The notes under the pieces are model-generated. The model was not told the origin of the DNA, made no database searches, and saw nothing but the letters and a program-made list of their open reading frames with translations. A stretch of 64,000 bases of DNA. Source: Ylistrum balloti. Taxonomy: Eukaryota. This document shows positions 52,801 through 62,806 of this stretch, in pieces. Positions within the stretch are counted from its first letter, which is position 1. Every line of letters begins with the position of its first letter. The stretch lies in NCBI RefSeq assembly GCF_031769215.1, contig NW_026782269.1, forward strand, positions 1 to 64,000, written 5' to 3'. Both the position numbers and the translations under genes were made by a program.

Positions 52801-55800
52801 AGTGTGTTTGCCACTGTTTTTGTTTTCTTTTTTTTAAATCATGAAATCTTCATAATGGATGTCACAATGACATTTTAATTTTCTTTCTTTTACATTTGGT
52901 TTGTATATTGTGACAAAAAGATCTGTTTTATACATTATCTATGTTCATAACATTATTTTCATGATTAGCCTTACTTCTCTTATACATTTTTTTCATGTTA
53001 ATATCATCCCAATCAGGTTAAACTAAAATGAATTATGGAAGATTCAGGTCTACGTTTGATGTTTTGACCCAGGTTAGTAATACCTGGTTTGAGCCAAACT
53101 TTCATAACAAACAAAAAAAATGTCACTTATACTGATGTTTCCATTTCTTCATCAGAGAGGTGAAAAGGTTTTGGTGCTGAAGAAGAAATTTCGATCCGAT
53201 GCTAAGGAACAGGGTCAGAAGGTCAATGACAACCAGGACCCACGAAATGATATCCGTGCTCACTCTGAGCCTCCAGCAAACCCAGGGGGTTCAGATCAAG
53301 TTGATGGAGGTGGCATGTCTAAAGTACGCAGTGAGACAAATATCACTTCAAGGGAGACAACTCCAGAAATGTCCATGACTAGTAGCGCCAGTATGGGAAC
53401 AATATCTGTATCATCAGCAGCATCGTCCACGGTAAGTATAAACACTTACAGGACTTTGGTCGGAGTATCTTTGGTTATAGAGCATCAGGTAAAATATTCA
53501 ACCTTCATTCCAACAGTACACATATCAAAAGTAAAAATCATGTCTACAAAATTTCTTATCATACTATCCACATTCCCTGGACAACATATATATACATGTA
53601 TATAAAAAGCTCTGACTATCCAATGATATATCTGTGATGACCTGTAAAATATTCAGCCTTGTTTTGTGGTTGTTTGTTAGACAAGGACCTCAAGGACCTC
53701 CTCATCCTTATTCCAAACTTGTGCATTTCAGCACATACCCATTTCAAGAACTCTGACATCGCTTAAAGCAGGAACAAAAACCTTCTGTTGGTTCCTTTTA
53801 ATTTTTACTATTGTACTGTTTGTACTATTTGTACTATGATAAAGGCAAAATGGGGTTCATCTGTTAAGGCCTTTTTACTTTTTAAATAGAGTTCAACTGG
53901 TTTTTTCACTTTTACTGTGACTCCAACATACACCTGAATCTTCCTTTTAAAGATAAATGACTGCCACTGTACAGATTTATATCAAATAACCATGTGTTAT
54001 GTGTTCAAAGTTTAAACACTGACATTGTTTCATGTTGCATATAGTCAGTATGCAGTGCATGTTCATGTTTTAAAGCATGTTTCATGACAATGTTTGTTTT
54101 TAGATTCACACTTTTACATATGGAAATTGTTGTGAGGTTTATGTCACCTAAAGTCCTGACTAGATAGTTGTGATTCTATTGTAGAAACATACCAGTAGTT
54201 GTGTACTTGTCAATATGAGTGAAAGTCTTTTAAGTCTGTTTTGATCTTTAAAACATCCTCAATGTTTGACTGATACCAATAAATACAACTGTAGACATAC
54301 AAACCTGTCTATATCTATTGTGCTGTGCTAACAATCTTGGTTCACAAAGTTCTTTATTGAAATTTCAAAATTAATTCTGTCAATAACTTGTTATCTATTA
54401 TTTTTTTATTCATCATATCTATAAATAGATGATTTAGAATCATCAAAACAACTTAGATTTGACTTCTTTGGATATTAAACCCTTGAAGGGAATATCTTCC
54501 TTTTATTGATGAAAACCTGTATACATTACCCTTGTCCGGTACCAAAACATCTAAACCTGTTTCTTTTTAATTTTCGACATTGATCAATGCACAACTTACC
54601 AGACATTCTGCACCTATAATATAGCACAACATTTACAACACGTAATTATTATTGTATGTTAATACACTGTGTAAGTCTGGTTTGTATATAATTTGCTTAT
54701 TGGGGCAAGTTTAGGGCTTTTTCCGCTGGGAGAGAACATATATAAAGAAGCTGGTGTGTATAGCTTACCAGTATATAATCCAACATTGTATATATGGTAC
54801 ATTTTGTATTCCCATTAAAATTGCAGTTTTTACATAATCAAGGGTGAATAATACAGAAAACGACTAATTACAAGGTACTTCTCATTATGTTTTTAATTCT
54901 ATAGGTAAATAGATAAACACTGCCCCTTTACTTACGATTGTTCTCATCATTTCAGCATTCATGTGAACCTTGTTTGAAGGGTATGTTTACATGAGATTAT
55001 TATGTAGGGGAATTAGAACACAGTATACAGGGATGATACACTTTATAGTGGGAGGAATGGTATACTGTATACAGGGATAGAATACTGTATACAGGGATGG
55101 TATACTGTATAGTGGGAGGAATGGTATACTGTATACAGGGATGGTATACTGTATAGTGGGAGGAATGGTATACTGTATACAGGGATGGTATACTGTATAG
55201 TGGGAGGAATGGTATACTGTATACAGGGATGGTATACTGTATACAGGGATGGTATACTGTATAGTGGGAGGAATGGTATACTGTATACAGGGATGGTATA
55301 CTGTATAGTGGGAGGAATGGTATACTGTATACAGGGATGGTATACTGTATAGTGGGAGGACTGTATGGTATACTGTATACAGGGTATAGTGGGAGAATGG
55401 TATACTGTATACAGGGATGGTATACTGTATAGTGGGAGGAATGGTATACTGTATACAGGGATGGTATACTGTATAGTGGGAGGAATGGTATACTGTATAC
55501 AGGGATAGAATACTGTATACAGGGATGGTATACTGTATAGTGGGAGGAATGGTATACTGTATATAGGGATAGTACACTGTATTTATCGTTAACAATTCAA
55601 GTTAAGGAGAACGTCTTGAAGGGAAATATATGGGACAAGCTGTTTTTCCATCACAACTTCTAATGAAACATCAACTTGTACCATCAGATGTGATGAGTTG
55701 ATCATGATAAGAACCTGTATCTACTTACCTGCCTGACCACTTGTTTATCATACTTAATATTTGTGTGAAATCCTAGAAATTTGCATGCTCCAGATATCAT

Positions 55801-58800
55801 ATTTGGATATGTCATCTGATATTGTATGGTGATCATTGATGACCTTTGGGCGGTTTTGTACCCGTTTGACCTTGCAGGTGTCCAGGGGTTCCCAGCAGTC
55901 CATTGCCTCCAGTACAGACTTGGATGATGTCAATGCCTCAATCATAAGTGTCAAGGACCGTGCCAAACATTTGAATCGCATGGAGACAGAGTCTGAATTA
56001 CAACGAGTCAGCCATCATAAAAAGAAAGACATAAGAGTCAGTTTTATACTAACTGGGGTTTTATCAGAATTTAGAGTTCATCTAAGTAGAACAAAAAATA
56101 TTGTAATCATACTTACTATAATCCTTTCAGAAGATCTCTGACTATTTGTACCAAAGAACTTGTAAATTGCTATATTTTTACCAAAGGAATGAAAAAAAGA
56201 ACTGTTGCTGAGTAGGATAAAAAAAAATCTTGATAAATCAGGTTTAAAATCTACATTTGACTTCATTACATTTTGACAATTTACAGTAATGTGATTCATT
56301 ACTAAGATATGGAGAGAAATTTGTTTATAAACATATAGATGTATGTTACATTACTTTGATGTTTAGGTCTACTCCCAAGTATTATACAAGTACATGGTCT
56401 TTGATAATAGTGACTTTGACTCAATAACCTGTCAGAAAGATGTAGAAACGTACTGGTGACAGTCCTGTAGTTATCAATAGATAGGTAAAGTTGTCAAAGG
56501 TTTCAACATAAATTAGGTAACTTACATAACAGCATGTAGGTTTCACTGCCAGAGACTTGATGATGACAGTGATATTTTAAAACATCTTGTAAGTATTTTA
56601 CAGGAACAAGCATGATTTAATGAAATTGTTTAGGTATAACAACAAAACACATTGTTTGCTTCTTCTTGCTAACTTTAATCAAAGTTCCTTGTTTTGCAAA
56701 ATAACTGCTGCATACAATTGCTTCATTATGATTATAGTTAACATCACAGAACTGGAATCACATTTTTGTTTAAACATTCTCAGTTCCTAGTCTAATAATA
56801 TGATACAGGGTATCGCTGAAGATTAACCTGAGCAGGTTATGCATGGGGAACTGCATGAAGTATTTTACCCTTTGTTGTGATATCAGCAAACTTTCTAACA
56901 TGTGATGGTAGATAGTATTATATATGCCTCTTTACCTAATTTTCTGGTTGGATAATTGATTTATAAATTTAATTATTAAGGTGTCTTCTGTGCCATGATT
57001 CCGATTCAGACTATCCATGAAAAAACAGGATCTTTGAATTGGTCATCAGCTTATTATAAATATTAATAGTCTCTAGGTATAGTTCTGGTATACAATAGCC
57101 TTTATTTACAATTCCAGAGATATTTATAAATGATAATAAATGTCATGTACAAGTAGTTTCTTGGGAATTCCTTTATGAAAAAAATTTATATATCTACTCT
57201 CATTTTTTTTTTTTAAACTGTTGTTGAAAAAGATGCATTTCTATATTTCTATACTCAAACAGATCTATGTTTATCAGAAAACAACGTTGTATCCCCGAGA
57301 CTGAAACACAGATTTAAGCCAAAACTTGTTCATAACATTTTACATGTACTTTTAGTTAGTACAAAGTGATATCCTTATGCATGGCCAATTTTTAAAATTT
57401 TCATTGCTTTTCTATAGAGTTCTAGGTTGAGACACAAAATCTTAAGATCTTTGTATAGTTTACTTACAAAATTAGTTTTTCAGGGTCTAATAATTTATAA
57501 TATTATGAATGAAGTAAGTCAGGTTTTATATGAAATATTTGATTCTTTTTTTTTTTTTTAATTTTTGGATGGGAATACTTGTATACTAACAAAAGACTGG
57601 AGCTTTGTTTCTGTTTTTTGTTATAAGCATGCTTTAACTAAATTAATCAGTTTACTAAATTAAGAAAGTGTTTGTTTTTTTCATTTGTATTGATTTTGCT
57701 TTAACAACTATAAATTTCAGTCACGTGATCGAGAACGAGATGTTGATGAGGACTCCCACTCCTCAGGATCTGCCTATACTTTGGTATGTATGTCAACATG
57801 GTAATTACCTCCCTTTTAAACTGTATGCTGGAATGGAAACTCCATTACAGAAGTTGTTACTTCCCTTTGTTTGTATCTAAAACTTAAATACCTGGGTACA
57901 TGTATATTATAAAAAAAAGTTAGTACAATTCATATATCTGTGAGCTGTTATCTATACATTAAGGAAAGGAGAATGTTTATCTCTTTTTCATTTGGTATTT
58001 GATGATTTTGCATGATTTAGAAAATTATGGAGAAGTTTTTCAATGGTAGTAGTGATCTCATTGAGAAATATTCTGTTTATTTGTGTGATACAAGACATGT
58101 GTGATGCTCATTAGTTTGCCTGTTTATCCCATTGTTATATACCGTGTTCTCATTTGAGAATGTGACATTACTTACATGGATTGACAAAGATTTTCATGGC
58201 GGGTCTTGTCAATGAAGCAAAATATGCTTGCTCTTCTGGAACATCTGGGTTTAGTCTCCTGCTACTTTTTTAAGAGTCTTTGTGTAAATATTTCTTTTGT
58301 CCATATTTTACCTCCTTTTTAATTAATTTTATATTGGGTTATGATTGTGTTCACATAGTTGGAACCTCATGAGCGTGAGTGGTTGGTAGTTTGTGCCTCC
58401 GGAGATTATCATCCCATGCACAAACTCCTCTCCAAGAATCCTGACTTGGTGAGAGTGAGGGTAAGTATTTTACATGCTGTAGTATTAGTGTGTAGGATTG
58501 TGTGTGGAGGCATTCTGTAAATTAGTTGGAGATAAGATTAGTGTTTATGCTAAAGTTTTAAATGCTACTAAAAACTATTTCAGCCACATTACATGAACTT
58601 ACATGGATAAACATACCTACATCCCTGTAAATAACTGCCATTTATCTAGCATGACGATTGGGATAAGATAAATTTGTCATGGTCACACTACCTAAACAAG
58701 AACGATATTAACAACAAAATAAGGACCAGGATTTTTTGTGGGTTTATTAGGTGCTGGTTTATCTGAAACTGACAGACATTTGCATGCCCTGAGATTTTTT

Positions 58801-61800
58801 GTGATTGATGAACTGCATTTGATTGCCCAGAATCAGCCTGCCATAGTTTGTGTTTTGATTTAATATCAATTTTAATGAAAACATTTGACCGTAAATAGGT
58901 GAATTATCACAACATTAGAGCTTGTGATTATGGTCAGCTTTAGATGACCGTGTTTAAACATCAGGTAATTTAATGTCTGTTTTCTTTCTTTTTTCCCTGT
59001 TTCCTGTTCCATCTGAAAGGACTTCACAAATGTAAGTACTGTCTCTTTACCCCCCAACTGTTGATGGATTACCTCCCCAAGTAACAAACATTAGCTGTCA
59101 CTATAACGTCTTAATCTTAACGTGTACTGAAACAACAAAGTTATATGTTTAAAGAGTTATTTCTGAAAGTTTTGGTTATACCTAGTTGTGTAAACCCTTT
59201 CTAGGAACTAGAATTAAAGTCTATACTTCCATGGTGCCTGCTTCACCTCCTCTTTGATGTAGAGTAATGTCTTAAGATAAGTGAAGTGCTGCTTACGCCT
59301 TCCTAGGACTGTCCAAGATTATAACACGTATGGTTTGAGATTGTTACAGCGAAAATGGTACTGAAAATAAAATAAGACATAAAGAGATTGGTGTCTTTTT
59401 ACTGGATACTAGTGTGAATACTCTAAATTTAATCTCCTTCTTTTATTTCTAATATTTTCTCTTGATTCTCTTTTTCATGTCCTACCTCTCCAGGGCGTAA
59501 GTATAACACAGAATGTGATGCTGGCTAATGCCTGTAGTTGGTAAACAGGAGATTTATATGATAAGTCATTGCTTAGTAATGTTTTCTTCAGAGGTAATGT
59601 ATTACTAGTTCACTGTACAAAAAATATTTATTGTATCTGTTAAAAATTTTGATGATATATTTCTCATATTCTGACGGTGTTACCACATACTGTCAATATA
59701 TATATCTTTGTGGTGAACATATTTTAGCACTTTCAACACTCAAAATATTGTAATAAGATATTATTGCTTTCATTGCAGTTTCTGTCTGTTGAATATATAA
59801 CAATTATTGCGGATGTATAAATTTATCGTTGTACCTATTTACCATAAGTTGATACTATTTTATTGTTTACAGTCTCTATATAAGGAGTCTTAATTGATAT
59901 AAACAATTAGATATAGTAAATATAAATACTTTTCATGGTAAAAAATTACTGCCTGTTTTTGTGTGGATGATTTTTTAAAGGAATATTTATCATGTTATTG
60001 TTTCCCTGTCTTGTTGCGGCTGCTGCACTGGTTGGATCCTTCCTCATTAGTATGTAAGTACAGCTGGATGTGTGGTGATTTCATATAGGTGATAATTCTG
60101 TGTTTATGTTCTTGATTTTGATATCATGAATTATCTGTATACTGACCAACTGACTGAACGTTGTCATGTTAATGATGACCTGTACAAATGTTGTCATGTT
60201 GATGATGACCTATACAAATGTTGTCATGTTCATGATGACCTGTACAAATGTTGTCATGTTCATGATGACCTATACAAATGTTGTCATGTTCATGATGACC
60301 TGTACAAATGTTGTCATGTTAATGATGACCTATACAAATGTTGTCATGTTAATGATGACCTGTACAAATGTTGTCATGTTAATGATGACCTATACGAATG
60401 TTGTCATGTTAATGATGACCTATACAAATGTTGTCATGTTAATGATGACCTATACAAATGTTGTCATGTTAATGATGACCTATACGAATGTTGTCATGTT
60501 AATGATGACCTATACAAATGTTGTCATGTTAATGATGACCTATACAAATGTTGTCATGTTAATGATGACCTATACGAATGTTGTCATGTTAATGATGACC
60601 TTTACGAATGTTGTCATGTTAATGATGACCTGTACGAATGTTGTCAAGTTAATGATGACCTATACAAATGTTGTCATGTTCATGATGACCTGTACAAATG
60701 TTGTCATGTTCATGATGACGTATACAAATGTTGTCATGTTCATGATGACCTATACGAATGTTGTCATGTTCATGATTGTCATGTTCATGTTAATGATGAC
60801 CTATACAAATGTTGTCATGTTAATGATGACCTATACAAATGTTGTCATGTTAATGATGACCTATACAAATGTTGTCATGTTAATGATGACCTGTACAAAT
60901 GTTGTCATGTTAATGATGACCTGACCTGTACAAATGTTGTCATGTTAATGATGACCTATACAAATGTTGTCATGTTAATGATGACCTATACGAATGTTGT
61001 CATGTTAATGATGACCTGTACGAATGTTGTCATGTTAATGATGACCTATACAAATGTTGTCATGTTAATGATGACCTGTACAAATGTTGTCATGTTAATG
61101 ATGAGGTATACAAATGTTGTCATGTTCATGATGACCTGTACAAATCACAAGAAACCATCGGAATCATCAAACATTTCATTGCCATTTTCTGGAATTTGGA
61201 AATTCAAAGTTAAGTCTTAAAACATAAAATAGTTCTGAATTTTATTTACAAAAATGTGATGATTATATCGTAGAAGTGATTAAAAGACACTGCTGATTTT
61301 TTAGGGCTATGATATTTGATCACCATGCGTCAGTGACTGTTAACCGATGTGTGTAATTGTGTTGACAGACAGCTGTACATTGGGCTGCTAAACATGGTAA
61401 CCCTGAGGTTCTGAAGCTTGTGTTGGGCAAGACAAACATTGACATCAACAAGAGAACGGTAAATATCTCCTTAATCTTCTGTCCTTTTCTTACACTGGTT
61501 GGTTGACAGGTTTTCCATCTGTTCTGGCAACACATTCTTTCACAGATATTCTTATTTTATATCTCTTTCTTTGGTGACCTCACAAAGCTATGATGTTACC
61601 ATAGAAACAATTGAAACCTTCAGCCAATCACAGTTCTTTTAGGTCATATTACACATGTGAAATTACAATTATGGAATAAGTCTTATTATACTTATAACAG
61701 GGTAGTTACATGATAACTTTATTTTGTAATAACTAGATAATGTATAGTATTTTACAACTGACTTCTGTATTGAATTTTGTCTCCACACTGATAATACATT

Positions 61801-62806
61801 TAATGATTCCTTTCTTTCCATGATCACCTGGATATGCAGAATGTAAGTATAATCTACACACTTTTCTGGCAAACTAGCTATCATTTATATACTTTTTTAG
61901 TGGAAGGAAGGTATCTCAGCTGAACAGACATGTTGCTGTCGGTTAATGTCATGAGTTATTCTGGTGTTGCATTTTTCCTAGGAGTTACTTCCCTTTAATA
62001 GTTCCTGCTTACTTTTGTATTTATGAGTACTTGTGCATAATATGGTTAATTTATGATTCTAAGTAATAAATTTCTGATTTTTATTGTCAGGATACAGTCG
62101 AGTAATGAAGCATGGATGCTTGTTTTTGACTGACCCAACACATATAACCTTAAGATATCAGGGTTTTAAACTGTGATACTTCAGCCTTACAAATATATGT
62201 CAATACGCCCAGCATGTATTTATGTCTGTTTTGTTCTTTTTCCATATGATGATCTTGTTGATGTCTGATCACTTGGCTGTCATGGTTACCATCACTAGGG
62301 GGTGAGTCTACACTGTATATATGATATTTGAAAATCAACCTCCTTGAAATCTGACATGAACAGTGTATCAACGAACAAAGATTTATCATATAAGACTACT
62401 CAAGTATTGAAGATAAAGGTTATCATCATTTCTTATCCACTTTAAAAGATGGCAGACAGTGAAAACTTTAAATATAAGTTCTCCCTAACTAATGATACTT
62501 GGGAAAAAAAGATTGTACATGTTACATATGAGTACTAAAACCAGGTCACAATTCACTATATTACAGGGCTATACACCTCTACATCTCGCCTCGATGCATG
62601 GCCATGAACAGATCATCGAGTTACTAGTCCAGACATTCAGTAAGTAGATCTACAATCACTTCTGTTATATTGATCCGAATACATCCTGATCAGCATTGAT
62701 GAATTTTCTTATTTGTTCCTTCCAGAAGCTGATCCAAACATTCGAGACTTCAGTGGTAAAAAGGCAAAGCAGTATCTACCCAATTCAGCTTCTACGAAGG
62801 CTCAAC
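46692..62806 (+). CDS. SOWAH: SOWAH/sosondowah-family ankyrin-repeat protein, whole spliced CDS span (15 exons; the 3' end may continue to 63015 or beyond the window)
   Basis: Manual GT-AG assembly keeps one open frame: MAASGFTLEAVREFIEQRGNKVTNHELVTRFKADLNDPQFKGKNRENFKDFVNTLATIKVDERGEKVLVLKKK...LEPHEREWL...DFTNGYTAVHWAAKHGNPEVLKLVLGKTNIDINKRTNGGYTPLHLASMHGHEQIIELLVQTFKADPNIRDFSGKKAKQYL. The N-terminal block (V.N.EL..RFK...R..FK.FVN..A..K....K..VL+KK) and the two-ankyrin C-terminal block match SOWAH proteins as I recall them. Confidence 0.93.
47490..47896 (-). mobile_element. 407-bp miniature LTR retrotransposon (TRIM) with tRNA-derived LTRs
   Basis: TG...CA termini (TGTAA/TTACA); 5-bp TSD TGCTA at 47485-89 and 47897-901; direct repeats 47490-47641 and ~47746-47896; PBS TGGCGCCCATGTAGGGAC (minus strand, 47744-47727); PPT GGAGGGGGAG abutting the 3' LTR; 104-bp non-coding interior; A/B boxes in both LTRs. 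Confidence 0.88.
49735..50060. repeat. Degenerate ~45-50-bp minisatellite in SOWAH intron 1
   Basis: TTCAGGCAACCAGCTGTAGCCTACCAAGTTGATGTGTGTTG, ~7 copies. Confidence 0.85.
50543..50605 (+). ncRNA. Decayed solo relative of the hammerhead unit, in SOWAH intron 1
   Basis: GGCCCTTAGCATCACTGACAAGGCCTAGGAGAATAAAACAGCTGTAGCATGCAGTTTAATT: same flanks, CATCA-CTGA and ACAGCTGTA, but the core is mutated. Confidence 0.6.
51950..52011 (+). CDS. SOWAH: SOWAH exon 2 (gKNRENFKDFVNTLATIKVDE)
   Basis: Acceptor TTTCTATTTCAG, donor GAG|GTAAGT; phase 1 matches exon 1; contains the conserved R..FK.FVN motif. Confidence 0.93.
52062..52545. repeat. 39-bp minisatellite in SOWAH intron 2
   Basis: GTGTCTATCAGGGGCCTGTCAGTAGAGAATGTAACATTT, ~12 copies, starting 50 bp after the exon 2 donor. 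Confidence 0.96.
53156..53431 (+). CDS. SOWAH: SOWAH exon 3 (RGEKVLVLKKK...SSAASST)
   Basis: Acceptor TTTCTTCATCAG, donor ACG|GTAAGT; 276 nt, phase 0-0; lies within ORF 53120..53605. Confidence 0.92.
55025..55580. repeat. 20/24-bp compound minisatellite in SOWAH intron 3
   Basis: ATACTGTATACAGGGATGGT alternating with ATACTGTATAGTGGGAGGAATGGT. Confidence 0.95.
55878..56036 (+). CDS. SOWAH: SOWAH exon 4 (VSRGSQQS...SVKDRAKHLNRMETESELQRVSHHKKKDIR)
   Basis: Acceptor CCTTGCAG, donor AGA|GTCAGT; 159 nt, phase 0-0; lies within ORF 55836..56141. Confidence 0.85.
56553..56588 (+). CDS. SOWAH: SOWAH 36-nt cassette exon candidate (RLDDDSDILKHL)
   Basis: TTTCACTGCCAG acceptor and CTT|GTAAGT donor; 12 codons, no stop, phase 0-0. 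No homology support recalled. Confidence 0.65.
57721..57783 (+). CDS. SOWAH: SOWAH exon (SRDRERDVDEDSHSSGSAYTL)
   Basis: Acceptor AAATTTCAG after a T-rich tract, donor TTG|GTATGT; 63 nt, phase 0-0; GC-rich relative to flanks. Confidence 0.85.
58359..58460 (+). CDS. SOWAH: SOWAH exon (LEPHEREWLVVCASGDYHPMHKLLSKNPDLVRVR)
   Basis: Acceptor TTCACATAG, donor AGG|GTAAGT; 102 nt, phase 0-0; matches the LEP.EHEW...LL..DP.L pre-ankyrin motif. Confidence 0.92.
59020..59031 (+). CDS. SOWAH: SOWAH 12-nt microexon (DFTN)
   Basis: A ~35-nt pyrimidine tract, then AAG|GACTTCACAAAT|GTAAGT; supplies the expected DF motif after the basic residue. Confidence 0.9.
59494..59496 (+). CDS. SOWAH: SOWAH 3-nt microexon (GGC = Gly)
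   Basis: TTCTAAT branch-like motif at 59447-59453, a long pyrimidine tract, then CAG|GGC|GTAAGT. Confidence 0.87.
60051..60053 (+). CDS. SOWAH: SOWAH 3-nt microexon (TAT = Tyr)
   Basis: CCTTCCTCATTAG|TAT|GTAAGT; completes G-Y-T-A-x-H. Confidence 0.85.
60158..61145. repeat. 30-bp minisatellite, ~33 copies, in the intron after the Tyr microexon
   Basis: AATGTTGTCATGTTAATGATGACCTATACA. Confidence 0.97.
61369..61458 (+). CDS. SOWAH: SOWAH ankyrin repeat 1 exon (TAVHWAAKHGNPEVLKLVLGKTNIDINKRT)
   Basis: Acceptor GTTGACAG, donor ACG|GTAAAT; 90 nt, phase 0-0; canonical ankyrin T-x-x-H-W-A-A-x-x-G. Confidence 0.95.
61840..61842 (+). CDS. SOWAH: SOWAH 3-nt microexon (AAT = Asn)
   Basis: TTCCTTTCTTTCC...ATATGCAG|AAT|GTAAGT. 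Confidence 0.83.
62299..62301 (+). CDS. SOWAH: SOWAH 3-nt microexon (GGG = Gly)
   Basis: CCATCACTAG|GGG|GTGAGT, with a distal pyrimidine tract at ~62221-62243; yields RTNGGYTPLH. Confidence 0.82.
62567..62639 (+). CDS. SOWAH: SOWAH ankyrin repeat 2 exon (GYTPLHLASMHGHEQIIELLVQTF)
   Basis: Acceptor TATTACAG, donor TCA|GTAAGT; textbook GYTPLHLA..GH...+.LL ankyrin. Confidence 0.95.
62726..62806 (+). CDS. SOWAH: SOWAH exon (kADPNIRDFSGKKAKQYLPNSASTKAQ); may read through to the stop at 63015
   Basis: Acceptor TTCCTTCCAG after an 86-nt intron, phase 1 compatible; matches the A...+RD.SG++A.QYL SOWAH motif; candidate donor AAC|GTAAGC at 62807. Confidence 0.88.

Noticed and set aside
59531-59600. 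Extra microexon TAG|TTG|GTAAAC (59538-40) and CAG|AG|GTAATG (59592-93)
   Set aside because: The first leaves only a 41-nt intron and adds a residue not expected in the motif. The second is frameshifting and could at most be a recursive-splice or decoy site, which I cannot support.
60126-61220. 364-aa Cys/His/Asp-rich ORF (DDLYKCCHVN)n resembling a metal-binding protein
   Set aside because: It is the translation of a 30-bp minisatellite inside a SOWAH intron. A second frame is also open, there is no splice or promoter support, and read-through from the Tyr microexon hits a stop at ~60090.
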